From NCBI GenBank assembly GCA_050633305.1, contig JBOEGF010000006.1:64001-128000 (forward strand): a DNA stretch of 64,000 bases, read 5' to 3'. The DNA is from Nannocystales bacterium (GTDB taxonomy: Bacteria > Myxococcota_A > Polyangia > Nannocystales > Nannocystaceae). This document shows, piece by piece, positions 30,091 through 40,037 of this stretch; within the stretch, counting starts at the first letter, position 1, and every line of letters starts with the position of its first letter. The notes below the pieces were generated by a model. That model was not told where the DNA came from, made no database searches, and was given only the letters and a program-made list of their open reading frames with translations. Made by a program: the position numbers and the translations under genes.

Positions 30091-32799
30091 TTAAGCGGCA
30101 CGCTTCAGCACGATCAGCAGCGCGGGGAGGACGAACAAGGTCGCGACCAGGCACGCTCCAATCCCGAGCACCATCGTCGCCCCAAGGCTCACCATGCCGC
30201 CATAGGGACTCAACGTGAGCGCTGCAAACCCGACCATCGTCGTGGTCGCGGCCACCGCGATGGCCCCACCGGTTCCGCGAACAACAGCGTTGAGGCTTGG
30301 CACGCCCTCCCCTGCGTCTTCGCGCAGGCGGTGAATCATGTGCACGCCAAAGGCGATCCCGATCCCCAAGACCAGGGGCAGCGCGACGATGTTGGCCACG
30401 TTGAAGTCGAGACCCAACAACGGCATCAAGCCCAGCATCCAGAGCCATCCGACGACCGTCGGAAACAGCGCGAGCAAAGCATCTCGAACGCTGCGGAAGT
30501 CGGCGATCAACAGCAACACGATAATGCCGGCCGCGTACAGGGCCGCCCGCTCGAACCCTTCGCGAACCTGGCGGCCGTGCTCGACGTGGACCATGGCAAG
30601 GCCCACCGCGTCTTCGTCAACCCCGCGAACATCGGCAGCGAACCCGAGTGCCACGTCCTCCTCCCAGAACTGACCGGAGGGAACGGCAAACAACGCCACC
30701 GCTTTCCCGTCCTTGGAGACGAAGCGCGTCGCGAACAAGGGGGGAAGATCCTCCGGCGCATAGTGGCCACGCTCGACGACGGCGGACGCAGTGGCGAGTG
30801 CGGGCCCCAGGATTCCCGCCGCCTCGACGTTGATCGAGGCGAGACGAGCCTGGCCCGCCTCATCGAGTCCCCGCACGGTCGTCGCGAGGTGGGAGAAGGC
30901 CTCTTTGGCCGCTTCTGCGTCCTTCGTCTCCAGGGATGCACCTCGCAACGCGAAAAGCACCTCGTCGAGCAGGTCTGCGATCTCGTCGGCCGTGCTCGCG
31001 ACGGACTTGGCGTCGACGGGTGCCGCGGCGAGCTTGGCAACATCGGGCGCTCGACCAAACCCCTTGAGCCCTCCGCGCAGCGCGCCAAGGCTGGACTCGC
31101 TCAGGGGTGGCAAGAGATCGCTGGGTGTCTGGACGCCGGCCACACTATCCAGCGCCCGCAACCCTGCGGCTTTGGCCCGAGCCGCTTCGATGTCGTCCGC
31201 AGCAAATGCGGCGAACACAGGCGAGGCCAACGCGTCGTACTCCAGCACACCGAGGCCCTGCGCGCTCTCGGTGGTCTCCGGGAGGAAGTCGAAGTAGCGC
31301 GGGTTGTAGTCGAGAGAACTGACCGTCACCGCGCCGACTGCAGCCAACGCCACCGCGCTCCCCAGCAGGGCTGTCTTGCCGCGGCGAATCAGTCCCGGAA
31401 TGCTCGCGATCCCCGGGGGCTCCGGTGCGACCCGAATCTCGCTTTTTTCGGAGCGACCGATCATCAGCAACGGGGGAATCACTGCGAACGTGATCACCAC
31501 CATCAAGATGAGCCCCGCTGCCGTCACGACCCCGAGTTCGCCGTAGGCGGTGAATTCGGTCGTCATGTTGGTCAGAAAGGCCGCGGCTGTCACCACCGCG
31601 CCTGTGAAGATGCCTGGGCCGGTGCGACGCAGCGACGCCGTGATGGCCGCGGCGGGAGTCTGGCCCGCCCGAACCTCCTCGTTGCGTCGCGCAATGATGT
31701 GCACGGAGAAGTCGATGCCCAGCCCCAGCAACACGGCGACGAACCCCGAGGTGATGATGTTGAGGTCGTCGTAGAGCAGACGGACCACTGCGAGCGTGCC
31801 CAAGATGCCGGGCGCCAACGGAAGCAAAGCGACGATGGTCTGTCGAAGGGATCGGAACAACAGCAGGCACAGACCGAAGATCCCGATCGTTGCCGCGATG
31901 CTCGTGATCACCAGGCCCTGCTCCACGATTTCGAGTTCATCCACGGCGAGCGCGGGAAGACCGGTCAGTTTCGCCGTGACGCCGTCCGGCGCGCTCGACA
32001 TCGCTTCGTCCCGTGCGGCTCGGAGTTGCTCGACCAGGGGAGCGAGCACCCGCCCTTCATCGCTGGGCACGTCCGCGTAGATGGCCAACAGGTTGTGCTC
32101 CCGATCCGAGGTTACGAGGTAGCCACGCGAATCGATCCCGTCTTGCTCGAAGGAAGCCTGGCCCTCGAACCGAGACATCAGGTCCTCTCCCGTGGCGACC
32201 GCCTCCAGAGTTTGCGCAAGCTGGGCCAGTTGGGCGAGGCCCTCCGCGGCCTTCTCCGCTCCACCGGCCGCCGCTCCATCGTCCTCCCCACCCTCGAGTC
32301 CCGCCTCGATCTGCGCGGCCAGCCCAGAGAGCCAACCTTCGAGCCCCTGCTCGACAAACGCACCGCCGTCCTGACCTGGAGGAAGTGCTGCCGCGAGCTG
32401 CTCCAGTGCCGCCGGCTGCTGCAGCAGTAGGATCGACGCGATGTCTCGCGGGTTCACACGTCCGAACACCCGTCCGTTCAGCGCTGGGTCTTTCTCCAGC
32501 ACCGTGGTGATCGTGTCGACGACCGTGCGTCGGTCCTCGGCACTCCCGCCCGAGATCACGAACAGCGGATAGTCCGGACGCCCGAAGCGATCGTAGAACG
32601 CGTTCATCCTGCGTTGCTGCGGATCCTCGTCCGACACCATGTTGGTTCGCGACGTGGTGACCGCCAGACCCGGGAGCGTCGCAGCGAATCCGACCAGTGC
32701 GATCAACAAGACGCCAAGCACTCGCCACGGACGCTCGACTCCCCAGCGTGCGAGAGCATGAAACGCGCGGTCACGCCATGATCCATCGGTCCCGGACAT
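30091..32799 (-). CDS. MMPL/RND family transporter (HpnN-like architecture)
   Basis: Two 1+5 TM halves with large periplasmic loops; LLGLGIDFSVH, LVLGIGIAFGVHMIHR. Confidence 0.9.
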   Translation of the reverse strand: MSGTDGSWRDRAFHALARWGVERPWRVLGVLLIALVGFAATLPGLAVTTSRTNMVSDEDPQQRRMNAFYDRFGRPDYPLFVISGGSAEDRRTVVDTITTVLEKDPALNGRVFGRVNPRDIASILLLQQPAALEQLAAALPPGQDGGAFVEQGLEGWLSGLAAQIEAGLEGGEDDGAAAGGAEKAAEGLAQLAQLAQTLEAVATGEDLMSRFEGQASFEQDGIDSRGYLVTSDREHNLLAIYADVPSDEGRVLAPLVEQLRAARDEAMSSAPDGVTAKLTGLPALAVDELEIVEQGLVITSIAATIGIFGLCLLLFRSLRQTIVALLPLAPGILGTLAVVRLLYDDLNIITSGFVAVLLGLGIDFSVHIIARRNEEVRAGQTPAAAITASLRRTGPGIFTGAVVTAAAFLTNMTTEFTAYGELGVVTAAGLILMVVITFAVIPPLLMIGRSEKSEIRVAPEPPGIASIPGLIRRGKTALLGSAVALAAVGAVTVSSLDYNPRYFDFLPETTESAQGLGVLEYDALASPVFAAFAADDIEAARAKAAGLRALDSVAGVQTPSDLLPPLSESSLGALRGGLKGFGRAPDVAKLAAAPVDAKSVASTADEIADLLDEVLFALRGASLETKDAEAAKEAFSHLATTVRGLDEAGQARLASINVEAAGILGPALATASAVVERGHYAPEDLPPLFATRFVSKDGKAVALFAVPSGQFWEEDVALGFAADVRGVDEDAVGLAMVHVEHGRQVREGFERAALYAAGIIVLLLIADFRSVRDALLALFPTVVGWLWMLGLMPLLGLDFNVANIVALPLVLGIGIAFGVHMIHRLREDAGEGVPSLNAVVRGTGGAIAVAATTTMVGFAALTLSPYGGMVSLGATMVLGIGACLVATLFVLPALLIVLKRAA

Positions 32800-32926
32800 A
32801 GGTCGGGCACTATACGCGCGCGTTGTCAGCCCGTCAGTTGCGGCGCGTCACGGTGCTCCGTGTGTCGAACCGCGTCTTGCCGCCACCGCAACGAGAGGCG
32901 CGCACGAGAGGCGCCCAACAGGGGGC

Positions 32927-33649
32927 TCAACCGGTCTCGGTCGAACCGGGGGTTTGGCCCCCGGACTGCCCGGGGCGTACGCGCTTGAGTCGCGTCGCGG
33001 GCAACTCGACGAACAAGCTTTCGTCGTCGATCAGCGCGTCCAACTCAGCATCCTCGTCTCGGGGAGTGAGTCGGCGGCCGCTGGGGGCGACCTTGGAGAC
33101 CTTGGCCGCGGGGAGTTTCGCATCCCGCTTCTTCCCGGAGGTTTTGGTCCGAGCGAGCGGCTTGTTGGCGGACGACGGTTTCGCCTTCACGCCCGTCTTG
33201 GAGGTTTTCTTCGCCGCCTTCTTCGCGCCGCCTCGGGCCGCGGTCTTGGTCGCCGTTCGTGCCGTCGTCCTAGAGCTCGTCTTGGACGTCTTCGCTGCCG
33301 AGCGCCGGGTCGTCTTCGTAGTCTTGGTCGTCTTGGCGACCGTGCCGTTCATCTGGTCGCGAAGCTCTTTGCTCGCCTTGAAGTCGACCGTGCAAGACGC
33401 GTCGATCAACATCGGTTCGAGCGTGCGCGGGTTGACGCCACGACGCGCGGGTCGCTTCTTCTTTGTGAACGTTCCGAATCGCGGAAACGTGAAGCGGGGG
33501 GAAGAGGTTCGCGTGACCTTCGCCTTCGCGAAGTACGTCGCGAGCTCCTCGAACGCAATGCCGAGGATGGCCGCAATGTCCTTCTTGGTGATGTCGGGCG
33601 GCAGGTTGCGTGAACGCGCGATTCTCTCGATGAGTTCAGCCTTCGTCAT
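32927..33649 (-). CDS. HU/IHF-family DNA-binding protein with Lys/Thr/Ala-rich C-terminal tail
   Basis: MTKAELI, FGTF...RPARRGVNPRT...FKASKEL; about 100-aa basic tail followed by an acidic patch. Confidence 0.9.
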   Translation of the reverse strand: MTKAELIERIARSRNLPPDITKKDIAAILGIAFEELATYFAKAKVTRTSSPRFTFPRFGTFTKKKRPARRGVNPRTLEPMLIDASCTVDFKASKELRDQMNGTVAKTTKTTKTTRRSAAKTSKTSSRTTARTATKTAARGGAKKAAKKTSKTGVKAKPSSANKPLARTKTSGKKRDAKLPAAKVSKVAPSGRRLTPRDEDAELDALIDDESLFVELPATRLKRVRPGQSGGQTPGSTETG

Positions 33650-33685
33650 GCGCCTGTTGCCCCCCGCATCCCTCGGGGGGTGGCC

Positions 33686-33714
33686 AACTTAGAAGGGCGG
33701 CCCATCGACGTCAA
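33686..33714 (-). promoter_or_regulatory. sigma70 promoter for the HU gene
   Basis: Minus strand TTGACG-N17-TAAGTT, about 36 nt before the ATG. Confidence 0.65.
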
Positions 33715-33792
33715 CAGTTTTCAGGATCTCTTCTGAGATCGTCCCGCAACATCACCAACGACGCGGGGATTCGTCGAAGACTTGACACGCCG

Positions 33793-34749
33793 TCACGGCA
33801 TGTCGCGGACGCTCTGCCGCGCGATGTCCAACGCGCGGCGCAGGTCCGTCATCACCAATCCCGTTGCGGTCTTCTCCGCGTCCCCGCTTTGCCGCAGGAC
33901 ATACGCCGGATGGTAGGTCACCACCAGAGGCATGACGAGACTACGGGGCGCTTCCTTGGGCGAAGTCGCGTCGTATTCAAGACGAGCCCCACGCATGGCC
34001 CTCAAGGACATGTCCTCTCGCCGAGACAACAGCATGCCGGCATGTCGACCGAGCCCGACAACAACGGCGGGCCGAATCGCACGAATCTGTGCGCGAAGGA
34101 ACGGCGAGCACCGCTCGACTTCGACGGGTTGAGGATCGCGATTGCCGGGGGGGCGACACTTGAGGACGTTGGCGATGTACACGTCCGCTCGAGACATCCC
34201 GAGATCGATGAGCCATCGGTCGAGCAACTGCCCTGCCCGACCGACGAAGGGTTCTCCGACCCGGTCCTCATCACCACCGGGGGCTTCCCCGACGAACATG
34301 ATCTTGGTCTCCGCGTTGCCGACACCAAACACGATGTTCTTCCGCGTTTGGCACAGCCCACAGCGTTGGCAGTTCCCGACGTTCTTCTTCCGGAGGTACT
34401 CGAGCTTGGTTGCAGCACTCCAGCTCTCAGCCTGACTCCGTAGAGCCTCCTTGGCGTCGATCGACTTTCCGCGGTTGCGCGTCGGGGGGCGCGGAGGCGC
34501 AGCTGCGGGGCGCGTTGCCTGCTGAGCCTGAGGTACATGCTGAGCCTGAGGAGCCCGCTGTCGCTGTGTCGGCTGCGTCTGAGGTGCCCGCTGTGTCTGC
34601 GGCGCATCAGGACCCGGTTGAGCCTGGTTCGAAACAACAGCCGTGGGAGGCGCTGTGCCGACCCGCACGTACTGGGTGCCGTGGCTGCCCTGCAGACGAC
34701 GAAGACGAAGGGCAACCTGGCGCGCCAACAGTTCGAGTTCTTCGCTCAT
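33793..34749 (-). CDS. Uracil-DNA glycosylase family 4 (Fe-S)
   Basis: CQRCGLC, VFG.G, GEAPG..ED..G.PFVGRAG, NVLKCRPPGNR, TYHPAY; Gln-rich N-terminal linker. Confidence 0.93.
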   Translation of the reverse strand: MSEELELLARQVALRLRRLQGSHGTQYVRVGTAPPTAVVSNQAQPGPDAPQTQRAPQTQPTQRQRAPQAQHVPQAQQATRPAAAPPRPPTRNRGKSIDAKEALRSQAESWSAATKLEYLRKKNVGNCQRCGLCQTRKNIVFGVGNAETKIMFVGEAPGGDEDRVGEPFVGRAGQLLDRWLIDLGMSRADVYIANVLKCRPPGNRDPQPVEVERCSPFLRAQIRAIRPAVVVGLGRHAGMLLSRREDMSLRAMRGARLEYDATSPKEAPRSLVMPLVVTYHPAYVLRQSGDAEKTATGLVMTDLRRALDIARQSVRDMP

Positions 34750-36002
34750 GCCCCGGCCACCTCAAAGACAAGCTGGTCGAGCAACCATCCCGCGAGCTCC
34801 GGCTTGGGCCGCGGAGGGCCCGCGTCGCGCACGTCGTCGCCACCGCCAAGCAAGAGCACCCCAGTGTTGGTCTCGCTTCCGAATCCAACCCCGGGCACCC
34901 CGACGCGATTGACGAAGATCGAGTCCGCGCCCTTCTTGCGAAGCTTGGTCCGCCCGACGTCGACGAGTGCCGCACGAATCGCAGCCTCGTCCTCGGGTGA
35001 GTCGACGGTCTGCGCACCGAAGCCCAAGAAATGCGTCCGCTCGGCGTGACGGGCGGTCAGGGTGGCGAGCACATCGACGCCCTCGACCAAGAGGCCAGCT
35101 GCGAGAGCCTTCGTCATGTCCTCCTTGGGGAGTTTCTGCGACGCGGGCTGCGACGAAACCAGATCGGAGACCGCTGCGACCATCGCCACCAGATCGACGG
35201 TGCCGTCGGACAACTCCGCCTCCATTGCAGAGAGCATCTCGTCGGCGGTCTGTACGGCGACGCGGCGAACACCCACGGGCGTCGGTCGCTGCACCGGGCC
35301 ACTGACCAGGACCACGTCGGCCCCACGCGCCGCCGCGACTTCGGCCATCGCAAACCCCATCGCGCCGGTCGACGCATTGGAGAAGAATCGAACTGGGTCG
35401 ACGTACGCCCGCGTGGGTCCGGCCGACACCACAACGCGCTTGCCGGACCAATCCAACCCGCCGCGCAGCATCGCGTCGGCTCGGTCCGCGATGATGTTGG
35501 GATCGATCATGCGGCCCTCCCCCACCCAACCGCACGCGAGTTCCCCGGCGTCGGGACCGACGAACGAACAACCGCGCTCTGCGAGGGTAGCGATGTTGGC
35601 GACCGTGGCGCGGTGCTTCCACATGTTGGTGTTCATGGCGGGCGCCCACAACACGGGAGCCCGAGTCGCCAACAAGACCGTGGATGCAAGGTCACCGGCG
35701 AGGCCGTGCGCGGCCTTGGCCATCAGATCGGCGGTGGCCGGAGCCACCACGACGAGGTCGGGCCAGTCCGCGAGTTCGATATGGCCGACCGTGCCTTCCT
35801 GAGCGGGGTCGAGCAACGACGAGCGGACCGGGCGGCCGCTGACCGTCGACAAAGAGAGTTCGGTGGTAAAGGAGAGCGCCGCCGGGGTCGCGATGACCTG
35901 GACCTCGTGGCCGCGCTTGACGAGCGCCCGGACGAGCGCGGGAGCCTTGTAGGCCGCGATGCCGCCGCTGACGATCAGCAGCACCGATGGCCGCTGCGTC
36001 AC
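34746..36002 (-). CDS. coaBC: Phosphopantothenoylcysteine decarboxylase/ligase
   Basis: GGIAAYKA, HIELA, APATAD, PAMNTNM, LACG..G.GR, SAGPT...DPVR.FSN.STG.MG. Confidence 0.96.
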   Translation of the reverse strand: MTQRPSVLLIVSGGIAAYKAPALVRALVKRGHEVQVIATPAALSFTTELSLSTVSGRPVRSSLLDPAQEGTVGHIELADWPDLVVVAPATADLMAKAAHGLAGDLASTVLLATRAPVLWAPAMNTNMWKHRATVANIATLAERGCSFVGPDAGELACGWVGEGRMIDPNIIADRADAMLRGGLDWSGKRVVVSAGPTRAYVDPVRFFSNASTGAMGFAMAEVAAARGADVVLVSGPVQRPTPVGVRRVAVQTADEMLSAMEAELSDGTVDLVAMVAAVSDLVSSQPASQKLPKEDMTKALAAGLLVEGVDVLATLTARHAERTHFLGFGAQTVDSPEDEAAIRAALVDVGRTKLRKKGADSIFVNRVGVPGVGFGSETNTGVLLLGGGDDVRDAGPPRPKPELAGWLLDQLVFEVAGA

Positions 36003-37168
36003 GCCTGAACCTCCAGCGGAACCGTTCCGGCGACTTCGATGCCGTAGCCGCGCAGACCAATGATGCGCCGCGGGTTGTTCGTCAGCACCCGAATCCGTCG
36101 CAGCCCTAGGGTGCGAAGGACCTGAGCCCCGAGTCCGAATTGGCGGAACCCTTGTTCGGCGGGCCGCAGACCCAGCCCGCCTTCTCCCGCCTCGTCCCCG
36201 GTCGCACCGACCAGCGAGCGAACATCTTGAGCCTCTTGGCCGATGATGTAGAGGAACACGCCGCGCCCCGCCCGATCGATCTGCGACAACGCACTACGCA
36301 CTCGGCTGCCCGCTCCGTCGCCGAAGCCGAAGACGTCACGCAACATGTTCGCGCGTTGGGCACGAAGGAGCACCGGCTCCTCCTGACCGCCGTCCGAAAG
36401 GTCTCCCTTGGACATCGTCATGTAGTGGGTGTCGGGGGAGACCGATGAGCGCCAGGTGCGGACCGACCAACCTGCATCGGGGTTGACCCCCAGAACGGCG
36501 GAAGCCAACGGTGGGTGCTCGACTTCCTCGACCAGGTCCTCCTTGCCCAGCCGGTACTCGATCAAGTCGGCGATGCTCAGCACCGGCAGGTCGTGCTCCT
36601 TCGCGAAGACCTCGAGGTCGTCCATGCGCGCCATCTCGCCGTCGTCTCGCATGATCTCGCAGATCACCCCCGCGGGCTTGCACCCCGCAAGGCGGGACAG
36701 GTCCACGGCGCCCTCGGTGTGACCCGAACGCACGAGCACGCCGCCGGGCTGAGAGCGAAGAGGAAAGATGTGACCGGGGCTCACCAAGTCGTCCGCGGTG
36801 AACACGGGGTCCGCCGCGACCCGAACCGTCTCGGCTCGATCTGCCGCGGAGATTCCCGTGGTCACGCCTCGGCGCGCTTCGACCGAAACGGTGAACGCCG
36901 TGCCCATGTCGCCAGGGTCGGTCGGGACCATCATCGGAAGTCGCAGCGCGTCGACGCGCTCGGGGGTGAGTGCGAGACAGATCAGCCCGCGCCCGTACCT
37001 GCACATGAAATTGATGTCGTCCGGACCGCAGTGTTCGGCCGCGATCACCAAATCGCCCTCGTTTTCGCGCTCTTTGTCGTCGACGAGCACGACCATTTTT
37101 CCGCGGCCGTAGGCCTCGATGGCGCGTTCGAGGGACTCGATATCGATTTGGTGTTCTTCGTTGTTCAT
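35999..37168 (-). CDS. ribB: 3,4-dihydroxy-2-butanone-4-phosphate synthase fused to a degenerate GTP cyclohydrolase II domain (RibBX type)
   Basis: DDKERENEGD, AFTVS, TTGISA.DR, PGHIFPL, GHTE, CEI. The C-terminal domain keeps GAQVLR.LG...LTNNP but lacks the zinc-binding cysteines. Confidence 0.93.
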   Translation of the reverse strand: MNNEEHQIDIESLERAIEAYGRGKMVVLVDDKERENEGDLVIAAEHCGPDDINFMCRYGRGLICLALTPERVDALRLPMMVPTDPGDMGTAFTVSVEARRGVTTGISAADRAETVRVAADPVFTADDLVSPGHIFPLRSQPGGVLVRSGHTEGAVDLSRLAGCKPAGVICEIMRDDGEMARMDDLEVFAKEHDLPVLSIADLIEYRLGKEDLVEEVEHPPLASAVLGVNPDAGWSVRTWRSSVSPDTHYMTMSKGDLSDGGQEEPVLLRAQRANMLRDVFGFGDGAGSRVRSALSQIDRAGRGVFLYIIGQEAQDVRSLVGATGDEAGEGGLGLRPAEQGFRQFGLGAQVLRTLGLRRIRVLTNNPRRIIGLRGYGIEVAGTVPLEVQA

Positions 37169-37833
37169 CGCTCGTCCTCGGTGGCGAAGCCCGCCTGTTG
37201 AAGCAGAGATCGGGTAACGCGGGAGCGCGGCGCAGCGGCCTCGCCCTCGCACTGTAGAAGTCGGGCGACGTAGCGTGCCAGCACGTCGACCTCGAGATTG
37301 ACCGGGTTCCCGACGGACAAGCCGCCGAGCGTGGTGACCGAAAGGGTGTGGGGAATGATGCCGACCATGAATCCCGCCTGATCGACGTCGTTGACCGTCA
37401 GGCTGACCCCTTGGATGGTGACGGAACCCTTTGGCGCGATGTAGCGGTGCAGCGGCCCGGGGGCGTCGATCCAGACCTCCCAAGCCTCGCCACGGAGTTC
37501 GAGCGTCCGCAGTTTGCCGACACCGTCGACGTGGCCGGAAACCAGGTGCCCGCCCAGCGCGTCGCCAAGCCGCAGCGCAGGCTCGAGGTTGACCTTCGCG
37601 CCCACGTCTTTGGCCCCGAGCGTGGTGGCCCGCAGCGTCTCGAACGCCGCGTCGAACGACGCCGTGCCGGCCCCCGCCTCGACGACGGTGAGGCAGACGC
37701 CGTCCACGGCGACCGACGCTCCGAGCACGAGGTCGCGGTCCTCGAACGGACACTCAAGGGTCAGGCGACGACCGTCGCGAACGTCGGTCACTTGGACCAA
37801 CGTGCCGGTTGCTTGCACCAAGCCCGTGAACAC
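37165..37833 (-). CDS. ribE: Riboflavin synthase (alpha chain)
   Basis: MFTGLV, SVAVDGVCLTV, VNLE, GGHLVSGHVD, KGSVTIQGVSLTVN, IPHT. Confidence 0.96.
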   Translation of the reverse strand: MFTGLVQATGTLVQVTDVRDGRRLTLECPFEDRDLVLGASVAVDGVCLTVVEAGAGTASFDAAFETLRATTLGAKDVGAKVNLEPALRLGDALGGHLVSGHVDGVGKLRTLELRGEAWEVWIDAPGPLHRYIAPKGSVTIQGVSLTVNDVDQAGFMVGIIPHTLSVTTLGGLSVGNPVNLEVDVLARYVARLLQCEGEAAAPRSRVTRSLLQQAGFATEDER

Positions 37834-37854
37834 GCGGCGGTTGTAGCAGGCGAA

Positions 37855-38982
37855 TTACGGAGCGTCACGCTGCGGCCGAAGCACGGTGAGCAGGTCATCT
37901 CCGAGCGCTGCACGACGCTCCACCTCGAGCGCAGGCGTACTCGCCACCTTGGCCCAACTCACTCCAGCCACCGCTGCGGTGCCCTCTCCGAGGACTTTGG
38001 GGGCACTGAACCAGAACCACCGATCCCACGCGCTGGCCTTCGCGAACGCCCCCACGAGGTTGCCGCCGCCCTCGACGAGCAGCGAACGCACGTCGGAGCG
38101 TCCCAGCGCGCGAAGTGCAGCGCGCACGCTCACGCGGCCATCTCGGGTCGCCTGCACGCGCACCGTTTCGACCCCGCAATCCTGCAGGGCATCCGCGTCC
38201 GCGGCGCGGGCGGCAGCCGTATGCAACACAAGCGTGCCGGGCGAACAGATGGCCTTGCGCCGGGCGCTCGCGAGTTTCAGGGTGGAGTCGAACACGATCC
38301 GGCGCGGGTCCACGCCTTTGACCAAGCGAACGCTCAACGACGGGTCATCCGCCAGCACCGTCCCGATGCCCACGGCGATCGCATGGTGCTCTGCCCGCAA
38401 CCCATGACCAAGCTTGCGAGAGCGCTCAGAGGTGATCCACTTGCTGTCCCCCGTGCGCACGCTGACCTGTCCGTCGAGGCTCGCCGCGGTCTTGAGGGTG
38501 ACGAAGGGCCGGCCTGCGGCTGCGTGATGCAGGTAGTGCTCATGAACCGCGAAACATCGCTGGGCCTCGACGCCCACGCTCACCTCGACCCCCGCCTCGC
38601 GGAGGATCGCCTGAGCTCGTCCCGACGCGTGCGCCGCCACGTCCTCGACCCCGTACACGACGCGCGCGATCTGAGCACGCTTGATCGCGTCCGTACACGG
38701 CGGCGTGCGTCCATGATGCGAGCACGGTTCGAGCGTCACATAGAGCGTGGCTCCCCGTGCCGCGTCGCCCGCTTTGGTCAACGCACGAGCCTCCGCATGA
38801 GGGCCACCGGTTGGGGCGGTCCGTCCCGTGGCGACGACGACCCCCTCGCGCACAACCACCGCACCGACGGAAGGGTTGGGATACGTGGACCCGAGCCCGC
38901 GACGCGCCAGCGCGACCGCGCGACGCATCATCGTCCGGTCGAGTTCGGCGTCACCGCGGTTCGCTGCGCTTCTTCTTGCCAT
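37855..38982 (-). CDS. ribD: Bifunctional riboflavin deaminase/reductase
   Basis: PNPSVGAV, HAE, TLEPCSHHGRTPPC, KTAASLDG, SKWITS, VEGG. Confidence 0.96.
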   Translation of the reverse strand: MARRSAANRGDAELDRTMMRRAVALARRGLGSTYPNPSVGAVVVREGVVVATGRTAPTGGPHAEARALTKAGDAARGATLYVTLEPCSHHGRTPPCTDAIKRAQIARVVYGVEDVAAHASGRAQAILREAGVEVSVGVEAQRCFAVHEHYLHHAAAGRPFVTLKTAASLDGQVSVRTGDSKWITSERSRKLGHGLRAEHHAIAVGIGTVLADDPSLSVRLVKGVDPRRIVFDSTLKLASARRKAICSPGTLVLHTAAARAADADALQDCGVETVRVQATRDGRVSVRAALRALGRSDVRSLLVEGGGNLVGAFAKASAWDRWFWFSAPKVLGEGTAAVAGVSWAKVASTPALEVERRAALGDDLLTVLRPQRDAP

Positions 38983-39481
38983 TGCCCGCCGATTCGAACA
39001 GCGTCCGCTGCCCCTCGATGTTGACCCGCTGACGCTTCTCCATCTCGTGCAGCAATCGCTCGAACTCCGCGATCGTCTCGAAGCTGCGATACACCGACAC
39101 GAAACGGACGTACGCGACCTCGTCGAGTTCGTGCAGGATCTCCATCACCCGCTCCCCAACCTCCGACGCGAGAATCTCCCGGTCGCCGCGTGTCGTGCAC
39201 CACTGCTCGACCTGCTGCACGATGTTCTCGAGTTGGTCGTTCTTGATCCCGCGTTTTCGGCACGCCGCCTCGAGACCGCGGAGAAGCTTGCGTCGGTCGA
39301 ACGGTTGCTTGGCCCCGTCCCGTTTCACGACGGCGGGCAACTGCTCGTCGACGCGCTCATGCGTCGTGAAACGATGGCCGCACGCATTACATGTCCGACG
39401 GCGGCGAATGGACCGACCGTCCCGTCCCTCTCGGGAATCGAGCACCTTGGTGCTCGGGCTACCGCAAACCGGACACTGCAC
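38951..39481 (-). CDS. nrdR: Transcriptional repressor NrdR
   Basis: CPVC...KVLDSR...IRRRRTC..C.HRFTT.E, VVKRDG, DEVAYVRFVSVY; GGAG SD before GTG 39481. Confidence 0.96.
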   Translation of the reverse strand: MQCPVCGSPSTKVLDSREGRDGRSIRRRRTCNACGHRFTTHERVDEQLPAVVKRDGAKQPFDRRKLLRGLEAACRKRGIKNDQLENIVQQVEQWCTTRGDREILASEVGERVMEILHELDEVAYVRFVSVYRSFETIAEFERLLHEMEKRQRVNIEGQRTLFESAGNGKKKRSEPR

Positions 39482-39581
39482 GAACTCCGCAGGATGATAC
39501 CGCGAAAGATGAAGCGTCACCGCCTGCGGCAGCAGGACTCGGTCGCGAACGGTCGACCTGCAGACACCGGAGCCGGACGAC

Positions 39582-40034
39582 TCAGGCGTCCAGGGCCGTG
39601 ATCTTGTCGACGCGGCGTTGATGCCGGCCGCCCTCGAAAGTACCGCGGACGAACGCCTCGAAGATGGCGGTCGCCAGGCCCAGCCCGACGACCCGTGCAC
39701 CGACACACAGCACGTTTGCATCGTTGTGCGCCCGGCCCATGTCGGCGCTGAACGTGTCTGAACAGACGACCGCTCGGATCCCCGAGATCCGATTGGCGGT
39801 GATCGCCATGCCCTGCCCGGTGCCGCAGACCAACACGCCAAACGCGCCAGCATCACCGCGAACTCGCTCGGACAACTCGACGGCGACGTCGGGGTAGTCG
39901 GCCTTGTCGGTCGAGGCTTGGGGACCCAGCGTCGCCACAACCTCGTGGCCCCCCTCGCGGGCATGCGCCGCCAAGTGCTCACGAAGCTCGATCGCCGCGT
40001 GGTCGCTGCCGAAGTACAGACGGAGCCCACCCAT
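39582..40034 (-). CDS. rpiB: Ribose-5-phosphate isomerase B
   Basis: GSDHA, DYPD, CGTGQG, ANR, HNDANVL, FEGGRH.RRV. Confidence 0.95.
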   Translation of the reverse strand: MGGLRLYFGSDHAAIELREHLAAHAREGGHEVVATLGPQASTDKADYPDVAVELSERVRGDAGAFGVLVCGTGQGMAITANRISGIRAVVCSDTFSADMGRAHNDANVLCVGARVVGLGLATAIFEAFVRGTFEGGRHQRRVDKITALDA

Positions 40035-40037
40035 GAC

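Noticed and set aside
35999..37753. Long N-terminal extensions in the ORF track (ribB, nrdR, recJ, fabD, fabG, acpP, kinase, ACADs)
   Set aside because: They overlap upstream genes; homology and start signals begin at later start codons.
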